Shown here piece after piece: positions 1 through 9,798 of a DNA stretch of 64,000 bases. The notes below the pieces were generated by a model, which worked only from the letters and a program-made list of their open reading frames with translations, had not been told where the DNA came from and ran no database searches. A program made the position numbers and the translations under genes. Location: contig OZ244960.1 of the NCBI GenBank assembly GCA_965222605.1, forward strand, positions 4,256,001-4,320,000, in the 5' to 3' direction. This stretch comes from Candidatus Latescibacterota bacterium (lineage in GTDB: Bacteria; Latescibacterota; UBA2968). The number at the start of each line of letters is the position of its first letter. Positions within the stretch are counted from its first letter, which is position 1.

Positions 1-739
1 GTCGTCTGTTTCGCGTTGCTTGGGCTTCGCCGATGTCGGCCTCTGACTCGGCTGCGGCGACCTCCCGACGGCGATCGCGTGCGCGTTCGGCTACACCAAC
101 CTGACCATGCCTATCTTGTTCGGCCACGTCAATGGATGCCTGGTTGATGGCTTCGGCTGCTGCTTTTTGGCCGATGGCTTTGATGTAGCCGCTTTCGTCG
201 TCGATGTCTTTGATGTTGACGTTGATAACAGAGAGGCCAATTTTTTCCATTTCGGTGGAGACGGCTTCATTTACTTTGGCCATAAATGCCTGCCGGTCCT
301 GGTTGATTTCTTCAATTTTCATGGTTGCAATGACTGCGCGCATCTGGCCGAGGATGATGTCTTGTGCCTGGCTTTGAACTTTTTCGCGGGATAGGCCCAG
401 GAGGCGGATGGCCGCGTTGTGCATGATGCCGGGTTGATTGGAGATGGCTGCTGTGACTGTGGTGGGCACGGATACGCGGATGTTTTCCTGTGAAAGCGCG
501 TTGTCCAGGTCGATGGGCACGACAAAGGGTTCGAGGTCGAGGTACTCGTAGTCCTGCAATAGGGGCAGGACAAAAGCTGCGCCACCGTGTACACATTTTG
601 CGGCTGTGCCACCTCCTGTTTTGCCGTAGATGACGAGAATTTTGTTAGATGGGCAGCGCTTGTAACGCGAGATGAATGTGAGGAATAGCAGAAGTACGAC
701 GGCTGCCAGGATGACGGTGAGAATGAATTCGGTGGGCAT
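1..739 (-). CDS. Flotillin/SPFH (band 7) family protein, runs off the window edge
   Basis: Not in the ORF track; translated by hand: MPTEFILTVILAAVVLLLFLTFISRYKRCPSNKILVIYGKTG...ALSQENIRVSVP...INVNIKDIDD. N-terminal TM plus SPFH signature, AGGAGG RBS at 744-749, directly downstream of an NfeD-like gene. Confidence 0.9.
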   Translation of the reverse strand, partial: MPTEFILTVILAAVVLLLFLTFISRYKRCPSNKILVIYGKTGGGTAAKCVHGGAAFVLPLLQDYEYLDLEPFVVPIDLDNALSQENIRVSVPTTVTAAISNQPGIMHNAAIRLLGLSREKVQSQAQDIILGQMRAVIATMKIEEINQDRQAFMAKVNEAVSTEMEKIGLSVINVNIKDIDDESGYIKAIGQKAAAEAINQASIDVAEQDRHGQVGVAERARDRRREVAAAESEADIGEAQATRNRR

Positions 740-755
740 TGTGCCTCCTTTAAGT

Positions 756-1361
756 TCAGGATTGAATGGGTTCGACTTCAACGGTGGTTATGTCGAGTGT
801 TCGCAGCACGCGAACCGGTGTCTTATTCTGGACGGGCTGCCCGTCTTTGCTGCGCGCAGAGATGTAGTTAACAGCACCACTTTCCATCACGCGGATTTGA
901 CCGGCGCCATTTTCGGGGATGTCCATATAGACTTCGCCTTCATTGCCAATACAGGACGATAGGTTTCGGTTATGCGATTCGGAGAGTTGCTGCACTTTGT
1001 AGAAGAAGTAGGCAACCAGGACCATCCCCGCGCCGCCCCATACGAGACCGCGAAGAACCGACTCTTCGATTGAGAGACCCAGGTCGAGGTAGAGTGCGCT
1101 GGCCCATCCAAAGAGCATGCCAAAGGCTATTACAGAACGCAGTGAGAGCAGTTGAAAGGTGGCGGCACCGTGATCATAAGGACTATTATCGACATCTGGT
1201 CCTGCATCGTTGGCATTGAAGTCGTCGGCAAGGCCATCTGCGGAATCACCCAGGCCGATGAGTGTCGTGATAAATTGCCAGAGAAACAAAAGGGTGAAGA
1301 AGACTGCACAGCCATAGAATGCCTGAGTGAGAGGCGCGAGTTCTGACCACCATGCCTGCAT
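756..1361 (-). CDS. NfeD-like membrane protein (flotillin partner)
   Basis: Three TM segments and a C-terminal OB-fold (IGNEGEVYMDIP...GQIRV); canonical position upstream of a flotillin gene. Confidence 0.85.
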   Translation of the reverse strand: MQAWWSELAPLTQAFYGCAVFFTLLFLWQFITTLIGLGDSADGLADDFNANDAGPDVDNSPYDHGAATFQLLSLRSVIAFGMLFGWASALYLDLGLSIEESVLRGLVWGGAGMVLVAYFFYKVQQLSESHNRNLSSCIGNEGEVYMDIPENGAGQIRVMESGAVNYISARSKDGQPVQNKTPVRVLRTLDITTVEVEPIQS

Positions 1362-1461
1362 ATTAACCTCCAGAAATCGGACCGAAAGTTGCGCGTTCTA
1401 TCAACGACCTTTATGTTCCTACAATTTGTCTATGCAAAGAGCGAAAAGCAAGGGTTATTTC

Positions 1462-2052
1462 TTACCCGGGCTGTAAACCGAGTTTGCGAAATTCATTTTT
1501 GAGTTGGCGGCGGGCGCGGCACAGCCAGGTTTTCACGGTTCCAAGCGGAACGCGAAGCGCCTGTGTGATTTCTTCGTAGGACCAGTCCATGACGTAGCGC
1601 AGCCACATGGCTTTGCGATAGCGTTCGGGTAAGTTTTGAATGCTTTTGTGGACCAATTGTATGCGTTCGCGTTTTTCGACTATTTGGTCTGGTAGCGTGC
1701 CGGGTATGAGGTCGCGGATGACGTTGTGTACGACTTCGGGGTCTTCGGTTTGACGGACCCAGTTTTGCCGAACTTGCTGCGAACGCAGGTGCGAGCGATA
1801 GACGTTGAGGGCAATTTGTGTGAGCCAGGTCGAAAATGCTGCTTTGCCTTTGAATGTGTGGAGCGAGCGATAGGCGCGAAAAAATGTGTCTTGCATCAGG
1901 TCGTCAATGGTGTCGCGGTCTGACATGCGCTGCGCGAGGGTGCCGTAGATTTGATTCTGGTATTTGTGGTAGAGTTTGTCAAAGGCTCGGCTGTCGCCCG
2001 AGAGGGATGCGCGAATCAGGTTTTGATCCTGTGTTTTCACTTTTTTCTCCAT
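1462..2052 (-). CDS. ECF RNA polymerase sigma factor (RpoE/SigW-like)
   Basis: Region 2 (DDLMQDTFFRAYRSL, FSTWLTQIALN) and region 4 (LPERYR...SYEEI...GTVKTWLCRAR). Confidence 0.93.
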   Translation of the reverse strand: MEKKVKTQDQNLIRASLSGDSRAFDKLYHKYQNQIYGTLAQRMSDRDTIDDLMQDTFFRAYRSLHTFKGKAAFSTWLTQIALNVYRSHLRSQQVRQNWVRQTEDPEVVHNVIRDLIPGTLPDQIVEKRERIQLVHKSIQNLPERYRKAMWLRYVMDWSYEEITQALRVPLGTVKTWLCRARRQLKNEFRKLGLQPG

Positions 2053-2110
2053 TCGTTAAGATGATTTGTTTATTACTATTCTTTGGCTTGTGACAAGACG
2101 GATTTTTCCG

Positions 2111-2284
2111 TCAGTCTTCTCTTTTGATCAAGCGATAACCGATCCCAATACATATAACGGCGATGGCGAGTTTGACCAGGAGAAAGATTAGCCCAAATAG
2201 AGAGCCGATGAGCGGGAAGAGAATCTGGATGGCGAAAATGCCGCCGATGACGATGAGTACGATGCCGATGAGTTTGGCCAACAT
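2111..2284 (-). CDS. 57-aa two-TM small membrane protein
   Basis: Below the ORF-track cutoff: MLAKLIGIVLIVIGGIFAIQILFPLIGSLFGLIFLLVKLAIAVICIGIGYRLIKRED, with AAGGA RBS, in the operon direction. Confidence 0.7.
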   Translation of the reverse strand: MLAKLIGIVLIVIGGIFAIQILFPLIGSLFGLIFLLVKLAIAVICIGIGYRLIKRED

Positions 2285-2322
2285 GGGATGTCCTTTTTAT
2301 TTCTGAGGTGTGAGGTTGTCCG

Positions 2323-2685
2323 TCAATCCGAGATGGTCGGCGGAGGTGAAGATGACTTAACGGGTGAGCGGCCTTCGAGACGCTCAAGTTTGTCATCGTT
2401 GGTGATGACGATGTCTTGAAGGTCGGTGAGGCGGCTTTCAAGTTCTTTCACGCGTTTTGAAAGTTTTTCAGACAGGTTGTTGTTTTTTGTCGATCTGTTT
2501 CTTTTTTCTTGTTCTGATCCAAATGTGAATGTGATGGCAAAAAAGGTAATGAACGCCATAGCACCCCAGGCTGCTGCAAGGACGAGGCCTCCTCCAAATG
2601 TTGGGTCATGGAGAATATAGGCGACTGTACCGCTTGCAAGAGTCATCAAGCTAATACCAACTACGATTGTGAGAAAGATGCGCAT
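2323..2685 (-). CDS. Two-TM membrane protein with a PspB-like C-terminal coiled coil
   Basis: Start moved to MRIFLT (GGGAGG RBS); C-terminal RLTDLQDIVITNDDKL is shared with the two upstream paralogs. Confidence 0.75.
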   Translation of the reverse strand: MRIFLTIVVGISLMTLASGTVAYILHDPTFGGGLVLAAAWGAMAFITFFAITFTFGSEQEKRNRSTKNNNLSEKLSKRVKELESRLTDLQDIVITNDDKLERLEGRSPVKSSSPPPTISD

Positions 2686-2707
2686 GGTGCCCTCCCGATA
2701 GTTTAAG

Positions 2708-2929
2708 TTAGCGCGCAATAGGCGATCGGTTGAGTTTGTCGTCAATAGCAATTATGACGTCCTGAATGTCCGTGAGCCTGCGATCGAGTTCGTCCATTCT
2801 TGCATTCAAGCGTTCTTCCGCATTGCTGGGGATGGAGCCTTTGGTGCGGCGATCAATAAATTTGTGTACCGCTGATACAATGGCCCCTACAATGATGATC
2901 ATCAATATGCCGCCAATAACATCAGTCAT
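2708..2929 (-). CDS. Small single-TM coiled-coil protein (PspB-like), paralog 2
   Basis: TM plus EERLNARMDELDRRLTDIQDVIIAIDDKL; GGAGG RBS. Confidence 0.75.
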   Translation of the reverse strand: MTDVIGGILMIIIVGAIVSAVHKFIDRRTKGSIPSNAEERLNARMDELDRRLTDIQDVIIAIDDKLNRSPIAR

Positions 2930-2941
2930 GGTATCCCTCCC

Positions 2942-3139
2942 TTATCTTCTGCTGAGTTTTTCGTCAATGGTGATCATGACGTCTTGAATGTCCGTGAGCC
3001 TGCGGTCGAGTTCGTCCATTCTGGCGTTTATGCGTTCTTCTGCATCGCTGGGGATGGATCCTCGGGTGCGGCGTTCGATGTATTTGTATGCCGCTGATGC
3101 GAGAATGATTATCGCAACCATGATTCCAATTTCAAACAT
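2942..3139 (-). CDS. Small single-TM coiled-coil protein (PspB-like), paralog 1
   Basis: Start MFEIGIM with GGAGGG RBS; C-terminal half nearly identical to 2708-2929. Confidence 0.75.
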   Translation of the reverse strand: MFEIGIMVAIIILASAAYKYIERRTRGSIPSDAEERINARMDELDRRLTDIQDVMITIDEKLSRR

Positions 3140-3160
3140 TATTTTTCCCTCCCACACATA

Positions 3161-3817
3161 TTAAAGTTCATCCACGGGTCTCGCGCGGTATTTTTCATCC
3201 CAGCGTTCGATTTCCGGAAAATGGTAAACGACCATTCCCGAATCTGAGATTCGCATTTCCGCATGACCACTTATGGTTAATTCTCGCAGGATTTCTTCGG
3301 TTTTTTCAACTGTTATTCTAGTGTCTGTCGCGGCTTCTATCACGGTGAGACTGCCCCCTTTTTCCCGGGCGAGACGGAGGATGCGGTGCTGATTTTTGGC
3401 ATGTGCTTTTTCGTCTCCCGATCTTTTGACCCGGCGACCTGCCCACCATATAATCTGAGAGATGATGATTAGCACGAGACCACCACTGAGTTTTTCAAGC
3501 ATTGTACTATTGCCCGAGGGGGTATATTCTACCAGTGCAATGAGTACGAGCATGAGGCCGCAAAATCCCATAAGTGCAGCCATTCCTATTAAACCATAAG
3601 CGAAGAGATAACGCATGGCACAACTCCCATCGGTGGCGAGATCAGAGAGGCGGTCGGGCACTCGCTTGAATGAATTGATTTGGAAATCGCTGCTCGCGCT
3701 GTGAACGCGCGCCTCCCAATTCCCCTTCCATTTCTTTTTTATTTTTCGCTCTGCGTCGTTGACCGCGCGGTCAATTTTGCTGGCGATTTCATCGGCGAGT
3801 TTTTCCAGGTCACGCAT
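3161..3817 (-). CDS. Two-TM membrane protein with a C-terminal winged-helix-like domain
   Basis: Overlaps the pspA stop; two TMs, then ILRLAREKGGSLTVIEAA...SDSGMVVYHFPE. Confidence 0.75.
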   Translation of the reverse strand: MRDLEKLADEIASKIDRAVNDAERKIKKKWKGNWEARVHSASSDFQINSFKRVPDRLSDLATDGSCAMRYLFAYGLIGMAALMGFCGLMLVLIALVEYTPSGNSTMLEKLSGGLVLIIISQIIWWAGRRVKRSGDEKAHAKNQHRILRLAREKGGSLTVIEAATDTRITVEKTEEILRELTISGHAEMRISDSGMVVYHFPEIERWDEKYRARPVDEL

Positions 3818-4487
3818 CTTTTTGTCCCATTTTCTGTTTCAGCGCATTGAGTTCGTCTTCTACTGTGCTTTTGCGCTCGAGTTTGGAAAATTCTTCTTCT
3901 AAAGAGGGGTCACCACTCGCCATCTCTTGATGGGCTTCGGCTTCGGCTTCTTCGGTTTCGATGCGCTGGCGGAACCGCTCAAAGCTCGAAAATGCGTCGT
4001 CACCCACCCCTGAGAGACCCCTGGCGATTTGCTTGCGGGCTTCGGCTGCACGGCGGCGTGCAATCAGGGTGCCCTGGCGGGTGCGAGCTTCGTCGAGTTT
4101 GACTTTGAGTTGGGTGAGTTGTTGCTTGAGTTGGGACGAGGTTTTACGGCTTTCTTCGAGGGCTATTTCAAGGTCGCGCGTGGCTTCCTGGGTTGCAGCT
4201 TTGCGCTCGAGGGCGCGGCGAGCAAGGTCGTCCTCGCCTGCTTCAACAGCCAATTCGGCTTTTTTTTGCCAGGCCTCGATCTGATCTTGTTTTTCGAGAT
4301 ATTGTCTTTCCAGACGTTTTTCATTGGCAACAGCCGTGCCGACCGAGGCGGTGGCTTTGTTGACGGCTTCTTCCATTTCCAGAATCATCTGGTGGATCAT
4401 TTTTTCGGGGTCTTCTGCGCGGGTAATCAGGTCGTTGACGTTGGCTTTGACGATGTCGGCCATTCTGTAAAAAATTCCGCGTGCCAT
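3810..4487 (-). CDS. pspA: PspA/IM30 family protein
   Basis: GIFYRMADIVKANVNDLI..AEDPEKM, GEDDLARRAL, VEDELNALK motifs; long coiled coil. Confidence 0.95.
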   Translation of the reverse strand: MARGIFYRMADIVKANVNDLITRAEDPEKMIHQMILEMEEAVNKATASVGTAVANEKRLERQYLEKQDQIEAWQKKAELAVEAGEDDLARRALERKAATQEATRDLEIALEESRKTSSQLKQQLTQLKVKLDEARTRQGTLIARRRAAEARKQIARGLSGVGDDAFSSFERFRQRIETEEAEAEAHQEMASGDPSLEEEFSKLERKSTVEDELNALKQKMGQKDA

Positions 4488-4556
4488 GATCTACTCCTTT
4501 CACAAGGTGCTGCATTTATGGGGGATTCTGATGTTTTTTGCTGACGCACCCTTTTT

Positions 4557-4574
4557 ATGCAAAGTCTGTGCCAA
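4557..4574 (-). promoter_or_regulatory. Sigma54 -24/-12 promoter of the psp-like operon
   Basis: Minus strand reads TTGGCACAGACTTTGCAT, matching TGGCAC-N5-TTGCA, about 70 bp upstream of pspA. Confidence 0.85.
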
Positions 4575-4649
4575 GAAGGGTATATGATATTAAATGTTGT
4601 TTTTCATATATATAGATGTTTTCGAGGAAATGGGATAGATCGATAAAGT

Positions 4650-4686
4650 TGGGAAAAATTACCATGTGTTCTGGCGAGATTAACCA
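4650..4686. promoter_or_regulatory. Tandem TGG-N9-CCA sites, putative PspF-like enhancer (UAS)
   Basis: TGGGAAAAATTACCA (4650-4664) and TGGCGAGATTAACCA (4672-4686), 22 bp apart, about 80-115 bp upstream of the sigma54 -24 element. Confidence 0.5.
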
Positions 4687-4836
4687 AGTGTCTGTCCCAA
4701 ATTTTCCATTTTTGATCGGATATTTTTAGAGGGTCCTATCTTGTCTTTTTCTTCTAAAAGGTCTATTATCTATCGGTTTGTCGCAAGTTGGTCTCAAATG
4801 ACATCACTTTTTCACCCTATATACTGAATTTTTATA

Positions 4837-6321
4837 ATGTTTCGATATATCCGAGTGTCTTTATTGGCCTGCTTCCTTTTGTCGTGTGCAGCACATGCGC
4901 CTGCTTTAACAGAGACTTATGTGGTGCAAAGAGGGGATTCTCTGTGGGAAATTGCCGATCAGTTTTCCATGAGTGTGACTGAACTCAAGCGGATCAATGG
5001 GTTGAGATCGCATCACATTTATCCCGGACAAAGGCTGCTCATTCGCTCACAGGGGCTTAGCATTCGCTCCTCCAGTGGAGTAGAATACGTGGTGAGAAGG
5101 GGGGATTCGCTCTCTAAAATCGCCGCGCGGTTTTCTATGAGTGTGACCGAGCTCAAGCGGATCAATGGGTTGAGATCGAATCAAATCTATCCCGGACAAA
5201 AGCTTCGCACTCGCGCTTATGTAGCGCAACAATCTCGCACTCGCACTTATACTGTGCAACAGCCTCGCACCCGTCCCTCTCTTAGCCATGTAGAAATGGA
5301 ATATGTGGTGAGAAGGGGGGATTCGCTTTCTAAAATTGCCGCGCAATATTCCATGGGCCTGACCGAACTCAAGCGGAGCAATGGCATCAGATCGGATCGC
5401 ATTTATGTGGGACAAAGGTTAAAGATACGGACTCGGCTGAAAAAGATCGCAATGGATAATGGACCGTATTATTTTTCTCGTCCCAAAGCCGCTGTGCAAC
5501 GCAGTCGGGGATATCGGGAAGTGCCCCCCAAAAAGCCGATTGAAGATTATAGGAATGCCCAAAATTTGATGGGCGTGTTTAATACAAATATTACTATGCG
5601 TCGAGATAGCAGATCACAGACGTTGAGAGGCTGGCGCATTGTGCTTGACCCTGGGCACGGGGGACGCGACCCGGGTGCTATTGTTTCCAATTTAGATGGT
5701 AACAACAGTTCGGTTTATGTGGTTGAAGACGAATTTGTTTACGATATTGCGTTGCGTTTGTACCAAAAGCTGAGGCTTGCAGGTGCCGAGGTGGAGATGA
5801 CGGTGATTAGTCCAAATCATCTCATTCGAGAAAATAATCCGCCGACGAGGACGTTTGTACACGAGCAAAATGAAGTCTATAACGATGCAAGTGTCAACAG
5901 AAGAAATAGTCTTTCGGTGCGTCCAGGGCTTCACAATATTGCGCAACGGGTGAAAATTGCCAACCGATTCTTTGCAAGGCGCGGGAAGACTCTATTTATA
6001 TCGCTGCATGCAGACAACAGTCCCAATCGCCCAAAAGGTCCGCTGGTTATTTATTGGAGCAGGCGGGGAAAGATTGATTCGCGGTCCCGGTCATTTGCGC
6101 GGATTATGGAAAGGGCACTTGATCTGCCAGATGTGCCGGCACAAATTGGTGGGCGCAATCTGGCGGTGTTGCGGGGCAATCTGGCGCAAGCAGAAATTCT
6201 GGTGGAGATACGCAATGTACACGATAAAGGCGAGGCCTGGGCGTTGCGATCTCACAAGATACGCGACTCCGACGCGGATCGAATTTTGCGCGGGATATTA
6301 AATTACGCGAAGAGGTATTAG
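4837..6321 (+). CDS. N-acetylmuramoyl-L-alanine amidase with three LysM domains
   Basis: Signal/lipoprotein-like N-terminus, three YVVxRGDSL LysM repeats, Amidase_3 motifs VLDPGHGG and ISLHAD. Confidence 0.92.
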   Translation: MFRYIRVSLLACFLLSCAAHAPALTETYVVQRGDSLWEIADQFSMSVTELKRINGLRSHHIYPGQRLLIRSQGLSIRSSSGVEYVVRRGDSLSKIAARFSMSVTELKRINGLRSNQIYPGQKLRTRAYVAQQSRTRTYTVQQPRTRPSLSHVEMEYVVRRGDSLSKIAAQYSMGLTELKRSNGIRSDRIYVGQRLKIRTRLKKIAMDNGPYYFSRPKAAVQRSRGYREVPPKKPIEDYRNAQNLMGVFNTNITMRRDSRSQTLRGWRIVLDPGHGGRDPGAIVSNLDGNNSSVYVVEDEFVYDIALRLYQKLRLAGAEVEMTVISPNHLIRENNPPTRTFVHEQNEVYNDASVNRRNSLSVRPGLHNIAQRVKIANRFFARRGKTLFISLHADNSPNRPKGPLVIYWSRRGKIDSRSRSFARIMERALDLPDVPAQIGGRNLAVLRGNLAQAEILVEIRNVHDKGEAWALRSHKIRDSDADRILRGILNYAKRY

Positions 6322-6325
6322 GATA

Positions 6326-8533
6326 TTACGGACAAAATCGTTTTAAACGCAGGGCATTGGTGACAACGGAGACAGAAGAGAGGGCCATAGCGGCTGCGGC
6401 GAGCATGGGACCACCCAGGGGATTGAGCAGACCCAGGGCAGCAATGGGAATGAGAAGGGTGTTGTAGGCAAATGCCCAGAAGAGATTTTGGCGAATGATG
6501 CGCATGGTTTGCCGCGATAGCCGAATAGATGTGGCTATGGCCGTCAGGTTGCCCGACATGAGAATCATGCCCGCGCTTTCTATGGCAATGTCTATGCCCG
6601 AATTCAGGGCGATGCCGACGTTGGCCTGGGCGAGTGCGGGGGCGTCGTTGATGCCGTCGCCAACCATGCCCACGTTCATGTTTTTGTTTTGGAGTTGCGC
6701 GATTTTTTTTGCTTTGTCCTGGGGCAGAACTTCGGCAAAGACCCGATCGATGTTGAGTTGTTGCCCCACTGCTTTGGCCGTGCGCGTGTTGTCGCCTGTC
6801 ACGAGAGAGACTTCAAGGCCCAGATGCTGGAGGTCTTGAACGGCTTGCGCGGCGTCGGCTTTCAGGTTGTCTGAGATGGCGATGAGGCCCGCGGGTTGAT
6901 CATTGACGGTGACAAATACGGCGGTTTTGCCCTCGGCTTCGAGTTTTTCTGCTGGATATTTTGCGCGATCAGATATACTGGCGTTGTGCTGCGCGTGTGC
7001 ATCTGAGTTGCCGAGCACGACGCGCTGTCCGTCAACTGTGGCGGCGATACCAACGCCGGGTCTGGCTTCAAAATCTGTGGTTGGATGCAGGGAGAGGTTG
7101 GCTTCTTGTGCGGCGCGAACAATGGCTTCGCCAAGGGGATGTTCCGATCCTTTTTCTGCCGAGGCTGCGAGTTTGAGTATTTGATCGCGGTGGTAATTTT
7201 CTATGGGGATAATATCGGTGACAGTGGGTTTGCCCTCTGTTAGCGTGCCCGTTTTGTCCAGGACAATGGCATTGAGGCGGTGTGCATTTTCGAGCGCATC
7301 GCCTCCTTTTATGAGGATGCCGAGTTGCGCGCCCCGTCCTGTGCCGACTGCGATGGCGGTGGGCGTGGCCAATCCCATTGCACAAGGGCATGCGATAATG
7401 AGAACGACTACGGCATTGATGAGGGCGGTTTCGATTCCAAAACCAAAAATCCACCACAGGGTGCAGGTCAGCAGGGCGATGGCGAAGATTGTCGGGACAA
7501 AGATGCGGGCGACGCGGTCGGCGAGGTGTTGTATGGGTGCTTTAGATCCTTGTGCCTGTCGCACGAGATCGATGATTTGAGACAAGACGGTATCGGCGCC
7601 GATCTGTGTTGCTTTGAAGATAAAACTGCCGGTTGTGTTGCGCGTGCCGCCTATGACTTTGTCGCCGAATTGTTTGTCAACAGGCATGGATTCGCCTGTG
7701 AGCATGGATTCGTCAATTGTGGATTGTCCGTTTTGTATGAGGCCATCGACCGGGATATTTTCACCGGGCCGTACGCGAATGTGATCACCAATCTGGATGT
7801 GTTCAATAGGTGTTTCAACATCCCGATCGTTGCGAACGATGCGGGCGGTTTTCGGGCGCAGGTCAAGGAGTTTTCGGATGGCTGACGATGTTTGACCTCT
7901 GGCGCGCGTTTCGAGCAGGCGACCGAGCAGGACAAGGGTAATGATCATGGCGGAGGTGTCGAAGTAGGTCTGGATATTCTGTGTGCCGAGTGAGGCAAAG
8001 GTTGCCGCAGTGCTGTAAAAATAAGCGGTGAGGGTTCCCGCGGCAATCAGGCTGTTCATGTCTGCTGTGCGATGGCGCAATGCCGTCCAGGCCCCTTTGA
8101 GAAAACGCCAGCCGCATAAGAATTGAACCGGTGTGGTCAATGCGAAGAGCAGGATGTGAATGTGATAGGGGGGGATGTTTGCGCCCCACAGGGTGCGGGT
8201 CATGCCCGTTGCCATGGTGAGCGCGGAGAGGATTGCGGCGACTGTGAATAGAAAACGCAATTTGCGATATTCGATGGTGCGTTCGATCTGTTCGGCGTCT
8301 TCCGAAGTGTGAGAAGAGGCTTCGTAACCGGCATTGGAGACGGCATTTACAAGCGTGTCTAATGGGACAGCTTTGTGATGAACGGTGGCCCGATGGGTGG
8401 CAAAGTTGACATGGACATCTGCGACGTCGGGAACGGTTTGGAGGGCATTTTCAACCCGTGCCACACACGCGGCACAACTCATGCCCTTGATTGAGAGCGT
8501 TAGGGTTTGCATGGGGTGTTTAGTTTTTGTCAT
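6326..8533 (-). CDS. copA: Copper-translocating P1B-type ATPase
   Basis: GMSCAAC HMA domain, [24 protein letters not shown] and MxxSS motifs. Confidence 0.95.
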   Translation of the reverse strand: MTKTKHPMQTLTLSIKGMSCAACVARVENALQTVPDVADVHVNFATHRATVHHKAVPLDTLVNAVSNAGYEASSHTSEDAEQIERTIEYRKLRFLFTVAAILSALTMATGMTRTLWGANIPPYHIHILLFALTTPVQFLCGWRFLKGAWTALRHRTADMNSLIAAGTLTAYFYSTAATFASLGTQNIQTYFDTSAMIITLVLLGRLLETRARGQTSSAIRKLLDLRPKTARIVRNDRDVETPIEHIQIGDHIRVRPGENIPVDGLIQNGQSTIDESMLTGESMPVDKQFGDKVIGGTRNTTGSFIFKATQIGADTVLSQIIDLVRQAQGSKAPIQHLADRVARIFVPTIFAIALLTCTLWWIFGFGIETALINAVVVLIIACPCAMGLATPTAIAVGTGRGAQLGILIKGGDALENAHRLNAIVLDKTGTLTEGKPTVTDIIPIENYHRDQILKLAASAEKGSEHPLGEAIVRAAQEANLSLHPTTDFEARPGVGIAATVDGQRVVLGNSDAHAQHNASISDRAKYPAEKLEAEGKTAVFVTVNDQPAGLIAISDNLKADAAQAVQDLQHLGLEVSLVTGDNTRTAKAVGQQLNIDRVFAEVLPQDKAKKIAQLQNKNMNVGMVGDGINDAPALAQANVGIALNSGIDIAIESAGMILMSGNLTAIATSIRLSRQTMRIIRQNLFWAFAYNTLLIPIAALGLLNPLGGPMLAAAAMALSSVSVVTNALRLKRFCP

Positions 8534-8553
8534 GGGTAGTCGTGAAAGTTAGT

Positions 8554-9672
8554 TTACTTGAGGTTTTCGGGGTTTAACCCTTTGAGGTCCTCTACGACAA
8601 AATGTCCGTCTTTGCGAATGCATTCATCGTCGAAGTAGATTTCTCCACCGCCGTATTCGGGGGTTTGGATGAAGACCATGTCCCAGTGTACGGCAGAGCG
8701 GTTGCCGTTGTCGGCATCATCGGGATAGGCATTGCCGGGTGTAAAGTGGAATGATCCCGATATTTTTTCGTCGAAGAGAATATCGAGCATGGGCGATGTG
8801 ATATAGGGGTTGAATGCGATGGCAAATTCACCAATATAACGCGCGCCTTCATCTGTGTTGAGAATATCGTTGAGTTTGGTGGTATCGCTTGCGGTCGCGT
8901 CGATGATTTTTCCCGCTTGAAAGGTCAGTTTGATATCTGAAAACGTCGTGCCGCGATAGATGGTGGAAACGTTGAAAAGGATGTGACCGTTTACGGAGTC
9001 TTTAACCGGCGCGGTGAAACACTCGCCATCGGGGATGTTGCGAAGCCCCGTACACGGTCTGACCGGTATGTCTTTGATGCTAAAGGACAGATCGGTATCG
9101 ACTCCTGTGATACGCACGCGATCAGTTTGTTCCATGCGTTTTTTAAGGGGTGCGACTGCTTCGGCCATTTTGCCATAATCGAGCGTGCAGACGTCAAAAT
9201 AAAAATCTTCAAAAGCTTCAGTACTTTGTTGCGCCTGTTGTGCCATAGAAGGCGTGGGCCATCGCAAGACCACCCATTTGGTGTGCGGCACGCGGATGGC
9301 AAAATGCACGGGTTTGAGCCAGTGTTTTTCGTAGATATCCATCGCGGTACTGGATACATCTGATAATTCTGAGATATTGCGGCTGCCGCGCAGACCAATG
9401 TAGGCCTGTACGCGCTTCATTCGGTAGGCTTCATAATCGCCTGCTTGTTGCATGGTGGCGATATTGCCTGCATGGATGAGTTCGCGTTGGATGCGGTTGT
9501 TTTTAATGGATACCAGGGGAATACCGCCAACTTCGCGCACTTTGCGAATGAGTGCAATGATCATGTCTTCGGGCATGTCGTAGCCCTGAATGAGGACGGT
9601 TTCGCCCGCTTGTAACTTTGTGGAATGGCGAATTAAGACATCGGCGAGTTTTTCAAGGCGGGGATCTTGCAT
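8554..9672 (-). CDS. M29 family aminopeptidase
   Basis: Start moved to MQDPRLEKLADVL; NIPDGE, GEFAIAFN, LFDEKI, HFTPG and SAVHWD motifs. Confidence 0.9.
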   Translation of the reverse strand: MQDPRLEKLADVLIRHSTKLQAGETVLIQGYDMPEDMIIALIRKVREVGGIPLVSIKNNRIQRELIHAGNIATMQQAGDYEAYRMKRVQAYIGLRGSRNISELSDVSSTAMDIYEKHWLKPVHFAIRVPHTKWVVLRWPTPSMAQQAQQSTEAFEDFYFDVCTLDYGKMAEAVAPLKKRMEQTDRVRITGVDTDLSFSIKDIPVRPCTGLRNIPDGECFTAPVKDSVNGHILFNVSTIYRGTTFSDIKLTFQAGKIIDATASDTTKLNDILNTDEGARYIGEFAIAFNPYITSPMLDILFDEKISGSFHFTPGNAYPDDADNGNRSAVHWDMVFIQTPEYGGGEIYFDDECIRKDGHFVVEDLKGLNPENLK

Positions 9673-9757
9673 AAAGTTTCCTCGGGATGATCGCGGTTGA
9701 TGTTGATATAAAAATAACACATAATATGTTTGTAATCCATATTTTTTACAGAAAGTT

Positions 9758-9786
9758 GTAGGGGCGGTGCCCCTGTGCCCGCCCGT
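9758..9786 (+). repeat. GTAG-tagged REP-like palindrome
   Basis: GTAGGGGCGGTGCCCCTGTGCCCGCCCGT: GTAG tag followed by an imperfect GGGCGG...CCGCCC hairpin, intergenic. Confidence 0.6.
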
Positions 9787-9798
9787 AAGGTAGATCAC

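Noticed and set aside
4915-5425. Three long direct repeats that could resemble an array
   Set aside because: They are in-frame LysM domain repeats of the amidase, not CRISPR.
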